Source: Octopus vulgaris (Eukaryota). From it: DNA of 64,000 nucleotides. The DNA lies in the NCBI GenBank assembly GCA_951406725.2, contig OX597821.1, positions 86,986,001 to 87,050,000 on the forward strand, in the 5' to 3' direction. Positions 40,108 to 52,580 of the stretch are shown here, in pieces. The notes under the pieces are model-generated. The model did no database searches. It was given only the letters and a program-made list of their open reading frames with translations, and was not told the DNA's origin. Positions within the stretch are counted from its first letter, which is position 1. Each line of letters starts with the position of its first letter. The translations under genes were made by a program, and so were the position numbers.

Positions 40108-42188
40108 GCATAATTACTCATCTCTTGTTGACCTCAGCGAAAATTGTACTCAGAACGTAAAGACAGATGAAATGCCGCTAAGCATTTCGCCCGGCATGCT
40201 AATGTTTCTGCCAGCTCAGCACAACACCAACATTGTTTAAAAGAAGAGCAAGTCTAATACAGTATGGAACATGGTGACATGAAAATGTAAAGACTAGAAC
40301 AGAGAACACAAGGTGTCCCATTCGCAAATCCACTGTCCTGGGTTGCCACTTTATCATAACAGGACCAAATATGAAAACAGACTTTTGTAGGAGTTGAAAC
40401 AAACATCACAAGCCATTCTATTCAATACTCTAATGACACTGTCAATTTGTAATCAACAATACTGTGTCTAATAAAGGCATAAAGGTCTTCTCAATGCTAG
40501 TGTAATATAAGCACAAGATTTCAACACAACCGTATCTCATAAGCACAGGGCCTTAATGCTTCTGTAGTTTAGGTACAATGTCTTCTCAACGATAGTCTGT
40601 AATATAGGTACAAAAAAATATCTATTTTCAGAACATACCCAATCAATTATTGCCTATAGGTACAAGGTGACTATAGGTGCAAAGTCTACCAAATATTAAG
40701 TCCATAGACACAAAAATCTACAAAATAGTGACTGTAGGCACACGGTCTACTCATTATTATGATTAAGATAAAATAAGATGTTTGAAGAAGCAAAGATTAA
40801 TATTCTATAAAACATATTATGACAGAATTATAATTCAGAGAAAATATATTTTGATAGAAAGAGTATCAGAGGAAATATAATTTAGCAGAGAGTGTGCTTT
40901 TTTTTTTTTTTAATTCAGAGGAACCTAGATATTTTAATTGAGGGCAACCATACCACAGAACCAAATTTAAACGGGATAATATGAGTGCAGAGACACACTC
41001 ACACACAAATGCACTAAAATAAATTATCATACATAGATACATACATACATACACACACGTCTGCAAATCACTCCACCATGGACCTAACCATTATACTCTT
41101 ATGAAACATTAGACAAAATAAGAATCTTTAATCTAGCAGTGATAAAGTGGTAGAAATAATCACTTGGAGTCAAAAAGAGAACCATCCGAGCGTGCAATTA
41201 AACTGACAGACACACCATCACACAAATATTTCATTTCTCACTCTCTCATTCTTTTCTATAACATATACTGAATAGAACATATCAGAACACAGAAACTCAC
41301 TCATATACGTGTACACACACACACAATAACACATACATTTTCATACACTAAACAAAAATGAAAGAGAGAAATAGACAGATGGAGAGAGAAATAGACAGAT
41401 GGAGAGAGAAATAGAGAGCGTGTATGTATGATGAAGGGGAAGAGAGAGGGGGGTGTATGCAAGTGAGAAAAGAGAGAACATTTAAAAGAAGGATGCAATG
41501 TTTGAGGAAAGTGCTAGAGAAATATTTGACTGGAAAGAATCTGAGAGGAGAAGGAGGAAGTAGAAGGAAGAAAGAATTCTTTTGTCAATTATCATGTAAA
41601 ATCCTCAAGAATCTTATTGCAAGAATAACAAAAACAACAATAATTCCATCACCAACATGCTATTGATCCAACATAAGAAAAATCAAAAAGGGAACTAAAA
41701 AAAAAAATTAATTAAAAAAATCTAAATGTAAAATAATTGAAAATAAGGTTTTGGAAAATTACAGAGGATATTTTATTTAATTTTTCAAAACATTTAGAGA
41801 ATATAATTTTCATGTCGTAAATTACATATTTTAGTTTTTATTTAACAGTATAAACGATCTCTTGTTATCAATTTAGTTGTATGAATCATGTGTATATTTT
41901 TTGCTGTTTTACTCATCTATTTAGGGTTTAAATGATGTAGTTCAGAGGTGTAATTGGGACTGTTAGAAATCAATTTCTAGGTGTAATTCCGCAGCCAAAT
42001 CTGGAGCAATTTGACTCCTGTAGCTTGTACTATTTCAGAAGTTTACAACATAATTTCTCTTTACCTAAAAAGCTTCAAATATCAGGCCAGTAGTTGCTGT
42101 TAACCTTGGCAAAATTTGAACTCAGATCAGAAAGATCCAGAAAAAATATCGCATGGTTTGTGTTTGATGTTTAAACTGTTGTGCCAAT

Positions 42189-42440
42189 CAGGGCTGTGGA
42201 GTTGGAAACGATTAAGGGGTAGCTGGAGTCAGAGTCGGTAAAATTATACCGACTCCGACTCACAATACATTTATTCTTTAATATAAACCAGTTATAACAC
42301 ATAGGCCTACTCAGAGTACAAGTGTATGCATATGCTTTATGAGGTATGTAGACCACAATCCCTTAATTACATAAAGAGTTGGAGGTACCAATATTAGAGG
42401 AGTTGGAGTCAAAGTTTGTTGTTTCGACTCCACAGCCCTG
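42189..42440. mobile_element. hAT-type MITE
   Basis: TIR CAGGGCTGTGGAGT and ACTCCACAGCCCTG; 8-bp TSD GTGCCAAT/GTGCTAAT with one mismatch. Confidence 0.9.
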
Positions 42441-42590
42441 GTGCTAATCCACAACCCTAATAACAGCTTTGAATTTTTCCATAAGGTCAGCAATTTTGAA
42501 AGGATGGCTTAGTCAATTTCATTGCTCCTAGTTCTCACCTAGATCCCAAGAGGTTGAAAGGAAAATACAACTTTGGCAGAATATGAACTC

Positions 42591-42843
42591 ATCATCATTG
42601 TTTAACGCCTGCTTTCCATGCTGGCATGGGTTGGACGGTTTGACTGAGGACTGACAAGCCAGTAGGTTGCACGAGGCTCCAATCTGATTTGGTAAGGTTT
42701 CTACAGCTGGATGCCCTTCCTAATGCCAACCACTCAGAGTGTAGTGGGTGCCAGTAGCCCGAAAGCTAGTCAGGTGGCACTGACCAAGTTCAGATGGTGC
42801 TTTTTACATGCCACTGGCATGGAAGCCAGTCAGGTGGCACTGG
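42591..42843 (-). mobile_element. RTE-tail type short repeat (family E)
   Basis: Reverse-complement match to 45590-45955. Confidence 0.8.
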
Positions 42844-43146
42844 GAAAGAACAAAAAGTAATACTGCTAAACAGTTTGTCAAGAGTGCTAAAATTTCTACC
42901 AGCTTGCCACCAAAGTCCTTCTGCTATAAGGACAAGGCCTGAAATTTAGAGTGTGGTGTAGTGAATTATATCAATACTAGTGTTCAACTGGTACTTATTT
43001 TATCGACCCTGATAGGATGAAAAACAAAGTTGACTTGGTGAAATTTGAACACAAAACGTAAGCCAGAAAAAATGCTGCTAAACATTTAGCCCAACACAGT
43101 AACAACTCTGCAAAGTCACCATCTTAATAATAATAATAATAATAAA

Positions 43147-43428
43147 TTATTCTTTTATTAGCCACAAGGGATCACATATAAAAGCATTAAATGACATGCA
43201 ACACCATAAAAGACAAAATCAGGACGATACAATGGGTTTTCTGCATGTACACAATATATATAATAACAAATGAAACAAATTAAAACTCCCAATAGGGGAG
43301 GCGTTTTAAGGTCCTTGTGGAAAAATCCACAAAAGCCACGGGTGCCTGATTAACAGGGCAAGAGCCTTTATTTTATTTCTTACAGGTGTACACTCAGAAT
43401 TGGTCCTTCCATACAGGCCATTCTTCCA
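43147..43428 (-). mobile_element. Probable Tx1/L1-like LINE 3' end between family B SINEs
   Basis: Minus strand ...GRMACMEGPILSVHL* then a T-rich UTR ending CCCTTGTGGCTAATAAAAGAATA. A similar end lies at about 16455-16740. Confidence 0.4.
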
Positions 43429-44649
43429 ATATAATAATAATAATAATGATTTCAAATTTTGGCACAAGGCCAGCAAGTTCAGGGAGGGGTAAGTCGATTA
43501 CATATTTTACCAACCCTGAAAAGATGAAAGGCAAAGTTGACCATGGTGGAATTTGAACTCAGAACGTAAAGACGGATGAAATGCTGCTAAGAATTATGCC
43601 TGGCATGCTAACGATTCTGCCAGCTTGCAACCTTAACAGCAATAACAAAGAGCTGCACAGTGGGACTGAACTCAAAGCCACATGGTTACAAAGCAAGCTT
43701 CTTAACCACAGTCATGCCTATGTCTATGAAAGAAAATGAATTTTTGCTTTTTCTTTCTTTTATTATATATATATTCTAAACTTATGAAAGAAGCGAATAA
43801 CAACATCGACAAAATTCCATGGATTATATTTATGTAAAAACCCTGAAGAAAATAAAAGCGAATAAATAAAAAGGAAGGAATGAATAAAAAGAAAAAAGTT
43901 GCAGAAGAGATTGATAAAAAAACAAAAACAACAACAACATAACCAAATTCTAAAAATAAATAAAATGTCCTACTTTCTGACAAATCTTTTAGAAATCTCT
44001 TCAGAATCCTTTAGAAATTTTTCCGATTCAGATTCTAGTGTAAAATAAGGGACAATTAAGAAGACTCAAGTGTTCTACATATATATATGTGTATGCATGT
44101 GTACATATATATATATATATGTATGTATTGGTATTTTATGGGGTTTTTTTCTCTTGTGTTCTTATTACTTTTGGCTAGATGGATATAGAGAACATGTAAG
44201 GAATATAAATAATGCTAAGTGTAGTATAAAGAGCAATTAAGGAGTCGGGAAAAACAGAAACTGAGTGTTCTAGAATAGAACACTGAAGCTTTAGGAAAGT
44301 GTGTATTAAACATCAGCTAGTTAGGATTATGTACACATGCATGCATACACACACACACATATACATAATATATCTACACACACACACAAACATGTATATA
44401 CACACATCATACACATATACATACATAGAAATGCAAACACACATATATACACACACCTATACATACAGATATACATATGCATATATGCATTTGTAAGCAT
44501 ATATGTGTATAAATGTGCATTTGCATAAATATATGCCTTATTACAAAGGCATATATTTATGCATATATATTGTATATCCTTACGGATATACAATATATTA
44601 CTATGGCATATATTTATGCATATATATTGTATATCCTTACAGATATACA

Positions 44650-45195
44650 ATATATATATGCAATACACACATACAATGTATATATGCAATACACACATAC
44701 GATATATATATGCAATACACACATACGATATATATATGCAATACACACATACGATATATATATGCAATACACACATACGATATATATATGCAATACACAC
44801 ATACGATATATATATGCATACACACATACGATATATATATGCATACACACATACGATATATATGTGCATACACACATACGATATATATGTGCATACACAC
44901 ATACAATATATATGTGCATACACACATACAATATATATGTGCATACACACATACAATATATATGTGCATACACACATACAATATATATGTGCATACACAC
45001 ATACAATATATATGTGCATACACACATACAATATATATGTGCATACACACATACAATATATATGTGCATACACACATACAATATATATGTGCATACACAC
45101 ATACAATATATATGTGCATACACACATACAATATATATGTGCATACACACATACAATATATATATGCATACACACATACAATATATATATGCATA
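44650..45195. repeat. 25/26-bp minisatellite (GCATACACACATACAATATATATGT)n
   Basis: About 20 near-perfect tandem units. Confidence 0.95.
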
Positions 45196-45589
45196 TACTA
45201 GCACATACGCAGACATATACGTATGCACCGACATATATACACATATACAAGGACTATCAATTTGTCCGTCATTGTTGACGATAACCAAAGACATTGCATG
45301 GAATAAGAAGCTGGGGCACAGTGTGTCCAATCAGTGTGATGCATGCTCAGAAGGCTCTGCTCCAGGCTGGGCACTGGTAAACCGATGGGACTGAAAGTAA
45401 GCAAGGAGTTGTCTGAAGACTTGCACAGTTTGTGTTTTCTTTGTACTCTGGCAATCCCGTTCGTTCTGTTTGTAGGAGGTGACACCTTTGTTGGGGCAAA
45501 TTTACTAGGCAGTGGGGTGTCTTGCAGTCCATGCAGTCAAGCATATATACCCCATCACTCACTGCCAATACATATGTACACTCAAAATC

Positions 45590-45955
45590 AGAATCAAAAT
45601 CGCTCAAAAATCAATGGAAATTGTAGTTGTGATACCAGTGCCGGTGGCACGTAAAAGAACCATCCGAACGTGGCCATTGCCAGTGCCTCCATGACTGGCC
45701 TCTGTGTCGGTGGCACGTAAACAGCACCAACCGATTGTGGCCGTTGTCAGCCTCGCCTGGCACCGTGCTGGTGGCACGTAAAAAGCACCCACTACACGCA
45801 CAGAGTGGTTGGCTTTAGGAGGGGCATCCAGTTGTAGAAATACTGCCAGATCAGACTGGGCCTGATGCAGCGTTCTGGCTTCCAGACCCCAGTCGAACTG
45901 TCCAACCCATGCTAGCATGGAAAGCGGACGTTAAACGATGATGATGATGATGATG
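45590..45955 (+). mobile_element. RTE-tail type short repeat (family E)
   Basis: Three internal GGTGGCACGTAAA repeats; ends CCATGCTAGCATGGAAAGCGGACGTTAAAC(GAT)n. Confidence 0.85.
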
Positions 45956-46577
45956 AAAGAGGAAGGGAGAAAGGCTGGAAATTTTGGAAGATAAAGATAG
46001 TGGATAAATATACTTTGTACTTCCAGGTGGCATACTTGTCCAACTGCAGGTCACAGAAAAAAAAAAAATTGTAAGGACACAAACTACATTTTGTCTTCTT
46101 AATGAAGGACATCTCAGAACAGGTGAGGACTGAGAGTATTAAGGGCCCTAGGGCATAACTGTTTAACAGGCCCCTTAGCATTGATGTCAGTAGAGTTAAC
46201 ATGTAGAGTGTGGGTCCCTCAGAGCTCAGGCAGTGCCCGATTTACTGACAACTCAGTTCCCCGCTGGCTGAGAGAGAAAAAATACTACACCCAAGGTATA
46301 GGTGTGGCTGTGTGATGAGAAGTTTGCTTCAAAACCACGATTCCAGGTTCAATCCCAAAGATATGAACCGACCAAAGCCTTGTGAGTGAATTTGGAAGGA
46401 GAAAACTGAAAGAAGCCCATCATAACTATCTATCAATCTTATCTGTGTGTGTGTTAGTGTTTGACCACAACCATCACCACTTGACAACCTGTGTTGGTCC
46501 GCTTATGTTCTCATAACTCACCAGTTTAGTAAAAGCGATTGACAGAGTAAGTACCAGATGTAAGAGATAAGGGGGTA

Positions 46578-46963
46578 GGACAAGACTTACTTTTGCCCCC
46601 CCCCCCTTTTTTATTTAATTTTTTTTTTTTCTACACAAACACCTATTTTCGGCTACGGAGAATACGAATCTAAATAAAAAAAAAAAAAAAAAATCGGCAT
46701 TTTGAAATTAACCCCCCCCCTTAATTCTTCATTTTAAACTTTTTTAAGAATTTCTTTTTCAAAATATGCAGAAAAATACGGAGATAATGATTCTGAAACA
46801 AATTTCCAAAAATATTTCTACTTAGGGTTAAGGGTTGCGGAAAAAAGAGAAAAATGAAGAAATTGGGGGCGGGAGTAGTGGGAGGGGGGGGAACAAAAAT
46901 GTAAAAATTCCGATTTTTTGCAATTTTCCGGAATCTCCGTACCCGGAAAAGTAGGTTTTTGTC

Positions 46964-46994
<31 letters not shown>

Positions 46995-47021
46995 CGAGAA
47001 AATGAGAACGGAAGTCTTTCC
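46578..47021. mobile_element. Long-TIR foldback MITE nested in a family A SINE (46300-47112)
   Basis: Arms are imperfect reverse complements over about 160 bp. Flanking direct repeat ATAAGGGG. Confidence 0.7.
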
Positions 47022-47439
47022 ATAAGGGGTCAATTTGTTCGACTAAACCATTCAAGAGGGTGCTCCAGCATGGTCGCAGTCCAATGACTGAAACAAGTAA
47101 AAGATAAAAGAGCCGTTATTGCGTATGTCTATCTCTGGCACCATCCTCCATTAGGAAAATTGAAATATATTTAAAAAAAAAAAAATAAAATGTAAAATAA
47201 AATTAAAGGAAATTGTCAAAATACAATCAAGAACGAAAACAACATAGGAAGCAGAAACGAGTTTTATGCACAAATTTGATATTTACAATGAAAATAGAGC
47301 AAGGTCTTTTCTTACCGTTCCTTTTACACACATTCACACCTGCATTAAGAATAAACACTTATATGCTCTGTAAAGTCACACACAGACGCACACCTGTTTA
47401 CATTACTTTTTCACATACACACACACACATACACACATG

Positions 47440-47672
47440 AGGAGGAGAGCTGGCAGAAATGTTAGCGCGCCGGGCGAAATGCTTTGTGGTATTTCGTCCG
47501 CCGATGCGTTCTGAGTTCAAATTCCGTCGAGGTCGACTTTGCCTTTCATCCTTTCGGGGTCGATAAATAAAGTACCAGTTACGCTCTGGGGTCGATGTAC
47601 TCGATTTAATCCATTCGTCTGTCCTTGTTTGTCCCCTCTATGTTTAGCCCCTTGTGGGCAATAAAGAAATAA
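47440..47672 (+). mobile_element. SINE family B
   Basis: Full-length, CpG-intact copy. Confidence 0.9.
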
Positions 47673-47817
47673 GAACACACACACACAAGCGCACCCGCAT
47701 GCACATATACGTTTCTGAAGTAGAAACACAGACACATACTTGAATACACACAACAGATACATACGCTTATGCTACAAGCCATGGCACATTGTCGAGTTCC
47801 ACAAGTCCAAACGAAAA

Positions 47818-48195
47818 GGATCTTTTCGGTTTGACCGGCAGTTTTTTTTTTAATAATTTCCACTTTTAAACTTCGTATACTGGTAGAATGTGTTTATAAA
47901 ACATCTTTTTCTCTTGGCTTTATTGAGAAAATTCTATAGTTTGTAAGATATTTGTAGTTTTTTTTCTTCAATTTCTGCAATTTCAACCAATCAATGACGT
48001 CTATTGAGGTGAAAACATTCTGTGCTGTATGAATACAGATTGGGCTTATTTACATTTGTGAAGAAAAAAAGATACTCTTCCCCCCACCCCTAAAACAGAT
48101 TGAAATGCAATAGATCGATACTAGGGTCATAATTATGGGTGACAATTTCATATGAGACTGCTAGAAAAAAACTGCCGTTCAAACCGAAAAGATCC
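47818..48195. mobile_element. Merlin-like MITE, second copy
   Basis: Same TIR and body as 35154-35565; perfect 8-bp TSD AACGAAAA. Confidence 0.9.
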
Positions 48196-48239
48196 AACGA
48201 AAAAATAAGATATAAAAAGAAAAAAAAATCGTACCTGGC

Positions 48240-48285
<46 letters not shown>

Positions 48286-49338
48286 GTGAGAGAGAGAGGG
48301 GGGAAAGTAATGTGGAAGGTATCTCGATGGTAAGGAGAGAACAAAACGAACCCTAGAAATATTTTTAAAAAAGAGGGGGGAGAATAATTAACAAATAGAC
48401 AGACGAAATACACAGACAGACAGACAAATATAGCGAGAATGAAATATTCATATATTATATATACGTAGAGAGAGAGAGAGAGAGAGAGAGAGATAGTGCG
48501 CTACATTAATATACATTTCAATATACAGAGAAACAAATATTTGTTATAAGGACTTGTATGACACAGTGAGTCAGTGACACTGAAAATATTTTGAAATTTA
48601 GGTCAAAGCCAATAATTATTAAAAGTTTGCAAGTAGAGTCATCTGTGACGATGGCATGGCAAGATTATTGTTTGAAATGATAACAACTCTAACAACAGTA
48701 ATAACAATCGCTTAGTTTTGATATATCGTCTGAACAGCAGTAAAACACGATGGTGGAATGTAATAATATCATTTAAACTCGTGAATGTTTATGGAGAAGA
48801 AGCATTGTAAACACACATGCACTGGTCGGAGTTCACCTCTCTATCGTTAATTAATTAATTATTGATTGTTTTATCAAAGTCTTTCACCACACAACTGTGT
48901 AAAGTTCACATGCACACACATGTACATATGTGCAGTTAGAAGCACGCACGCACACATATCGCTATACATGGGTTAGCGAACATTGGTTAAATGAGAAAAA
49001 TATGCGATACATTAAGTGTTTTTTTTTAATAATTTTTTGTTAATTAAAAGCTGAAGCTTTTTGAATACTTTATCATCAACCCAGGTTTCACGTTGCCGTT
49101 AATTCAAGAATTTGAAGTATAAAGCATTGCGACAATGTGAAAGAAAAGGTATTCCCAATAAGGCAAAACATGATTACACAGTAATCGAAAGTTCACTGGA
49201 TAAATAAAAAAGATATTGATTTATGTAGTTATCATACACAAAAAACGTGATATAGTCATAATCTTATATATATATGTATATAAATATAGATATATATATA
49301 TATGAGTGTGTGTGTGTATGTATAAATATACAATATAC

Positions 49339-50244
49339 GTGTGGGCTGAGGACAACAACATGCAGTTTAATGCAGGTAAGTTCCAGGCCCTGCGCTACCG
49401 GCACACAAAGGTAAACGACGTGCAGACTGGATACACTGGCCCAGGAAGAATTGCAATCCCTGAGTCAAAATCAGTGCGTGACCTGGGCATTGACATGAGC
49501 AATGATGTATCTTTCTAAGTGCATATTACTAATCTGGTGATAAAATGCAGACGGCTAGCTGGATGGATTCTCCGAACTTTCAGAACAAGAGAGAAGGAGA
49601 CACTGATGGTCCTCTGGAAAACATTCGTCCTCAGCCGCTTGGACTACTGCTCCCAACTATGGTCACCACACAATATAAAACTAACAGCAGAACTCGAAGC
49701 AATTCAGAGAAGCTACACAAAGAAGATCGTCTCAATGCAAAATATCAGCTACTGGGAAAGACTGAAAGTATTAAACCTCTTCTCCCTGGGGCGGAGGCGG
49801 GAGAGATATGCGGTGATATACATCTGGAAAATCCTGGAGGGTCTTGTCCCAAACTCTGGCATTCAAAGTTACCCCAACCGCAGAACGGGGCGCCACTGCA
49901 TGGTGCCAAAGATTCCAACATCACCATCAAAATACAGGTCCAGATGCTGCAACAGCTTGGGTTTCAGAGGACCAGAGCTCTTTAACATCCTCCCTAAATG
50001 CCTGAGAGACTTACATGGTGTGGATGTGGGTTTCTTTAAAACTAAACTGAATCTCTTTTTGTCGGGGGTCCCAGATGAACCTACCTCACGACAGGAGACA
50101 CAGATATGGGCAGTAGCATCGAACTCCCTTGTTGATCAAGTGCCACGTATCAGAGGTGGATTCACATATTAGTGTAGCTCATTCAGCGGTGGTGCCCCAG
50201 CATGGCCACGGCTTTGGGCTAAAACATTTTTAAGGATTTAAGGA
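49339..50244 (+). mobile_element. 5'-truncated CR1-group LINE (RT C-terminal region, one in-frame stop at 49516-49518)
   Basis: WAEDNNMQFNAGKF...VRDLGI...ILRTF...LSRLDYCSQLWSP...LEAIQR...SYWERLKVLNLFSL. 3' UTR ends in (TTTAAGGA)2. Confidence 0.9.
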
Positions 50245-52115
50245 TATGGACATACATATATAAATATATATACATATAATATATATATATACATACATAC
50301 ATATATACACACACACATGTACACACACACACATGTACACAGACATATATACACACGTATATACACATATATACAGACATATATATACATATACATATAC
50401 ACATACATATATACATATACTTACATACATACATACATATACACGTATATACATACATATATACATATACACATACATATATACACACACATATACATAT
50501 ATACATACATATACACATACATATATACATATACACATATACATACATATACATACATACACATACATACATATACATACATACACATACATACATATAC
50601 ATACATACACATACATACATATACATACATACATATACATACATACATACACATACATACATACATATATATACATATACATATATATATACATAAACAT
50701 ATATATACACATATAAACATACATGTATGTTATAAATATATATATGGTATATATATACATATATATATACATAAACATATATATACATATATATACACAT
50801 ATATAAACATACATGTATGTTATAAATATATATATGGTATATATATACATATACATAAACATATATATACATATATATACACATATATAAACATACATGT
50901 ATGCTATAAATATATATATGGTATATATATACATATATATATACATATACATACATATATATACACATATATAAACATACATGTATGTTATAAATATATA
51001 TATGGTATATATATACATATATATATATACATATACATATATATATACATATACATATATATATACATATGGTATATATATACATATATATATACATATA
51101 CATATATATATATACACATACACGCATATATATATATACATATATATCCATTTATATATATATATATACAAATATATGCATATAGATATGCATATATATA
51201 CACACATATATACGCACACACATCTATATAAATACACATACCTACATATACATATCTATAAGTATGCATAAATATATATATATATATATATATAAACATA
51301 CATATACACACATACATATACACATACATACATACATATACACACATACATACATATACACACATACATACATATACACATATATATACACATACATACA
51401 TACATATACACATATATATACACATACATATATATATACATATATATATACACACACATACATATATATATACATACATACATATATACATACATACATA
51501 TATATACATACATACATATATATACACATACATACATACATACATATATACATACATACACATACATACATACACATACATACATACACATACATACATA
51601 CACATACATACATACACATACATACATACATACATATATATACATACACATACATACATACATATACATACATATATATATATATATATATACAGATACA
51701 TATATACAGATACATATATACACATACATACATATATACACATACATACATATATACACATAAATACATACATATATAGACACATATAAACATACACACA
51801 TATATATATACACACATATACATATACATACATATTGATGTATACATACATATATATATATACATACATATTGATATATATATATACATACATATTGATA
51901 TATACATACATACATATTGATATATACATACCTACATACATATACATACGTATATATATATATATACTTATATACATACATATATATTCATACATACTTA
52001 TATACATACATATATATTCATACATCTATCTATACATTTATATATACAAACATATGCACAAATATATACACATACACAAATATGTATGTACTTATATATA
52101 CACATTTATATCTAC

Positions 52116-52182
<67 letters not shown>

Positions 52183-52305
52183 CAGAAACACAAATGCACA
52201 CATGTATATATATATATACACACATAAATATGAATACATATATACGTAAACACATATATACTTATACGTATTTACATATATACATACACATATACACACA
52301 CATAC
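50245..52305. repeat. 2-kb (TA/CA)-rich compound microsatellite with higher-order repeats near 50690-51030
   Basis: Direct inspection. Confidence 0.95.
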
Positions 52306-52364
52306 AAAAAAGGAAGGTAGCTACTGCTAATGAAGTCTGCGCGTCGGTGTATAACTTTTCTCTT

Positions 52365-52580
52365 CTGTACATGACCATGTTTTAGGGTACGACAAATCCA
52401 TAAAGAAATAAACTATTTTCGTCATTTGGTATTTGTAGATTCTTCAATAAACATCGACTGGTGAATTCTTGCAGACACTTCCATTGATGTTTATTGAAGA
52501 ACTTTCAAATACCAACTGGTTAAAATAGTTTATTTCCCACATAATAGATTTGCCATACCTTTAAAAGACGGTTACATATT
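52365..52580. repeat. Long imperfect inverted repeat (palindromic MITE remnant)
   Basis: AAATAAACTATTTT...TTGGTATTTG...TTCTTCAATAAACATC pairs with GATGTTTATTGAAGAA...CAAATACCAA...AAAATAGTTTATTT. Confidence 0.75.

Larger units (their letters stand above)
39370..40760. repeat. Degenerate ~33-bp tandem array, interrupted by SINEs at about 39745-40235
   Basis: Recurrent core AGG(C/T)ACAAGGTCTA at about 30-35 bp spacing. Confidence 0.55.

Noticed and set aside
39370-40760. CRISPR-like reading of the core/spacer array
   Set aside because: Eukaryotic context, short degenerate cores, spacers too short and partly related, no cas genes.
49519-50172. 217-aa ORF as a host gene
   Set aside because: It is the C-terminal part of a truncated CR1-group LINE ORF2 following a premature stop.
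50219-52385. Long Y/I/H/T/M/C/V-rich ORFs (also 12316-13650 and 44327-45394)
   Set aside because: Stop-free frames of TA/CA microsatellites and minisatellites.
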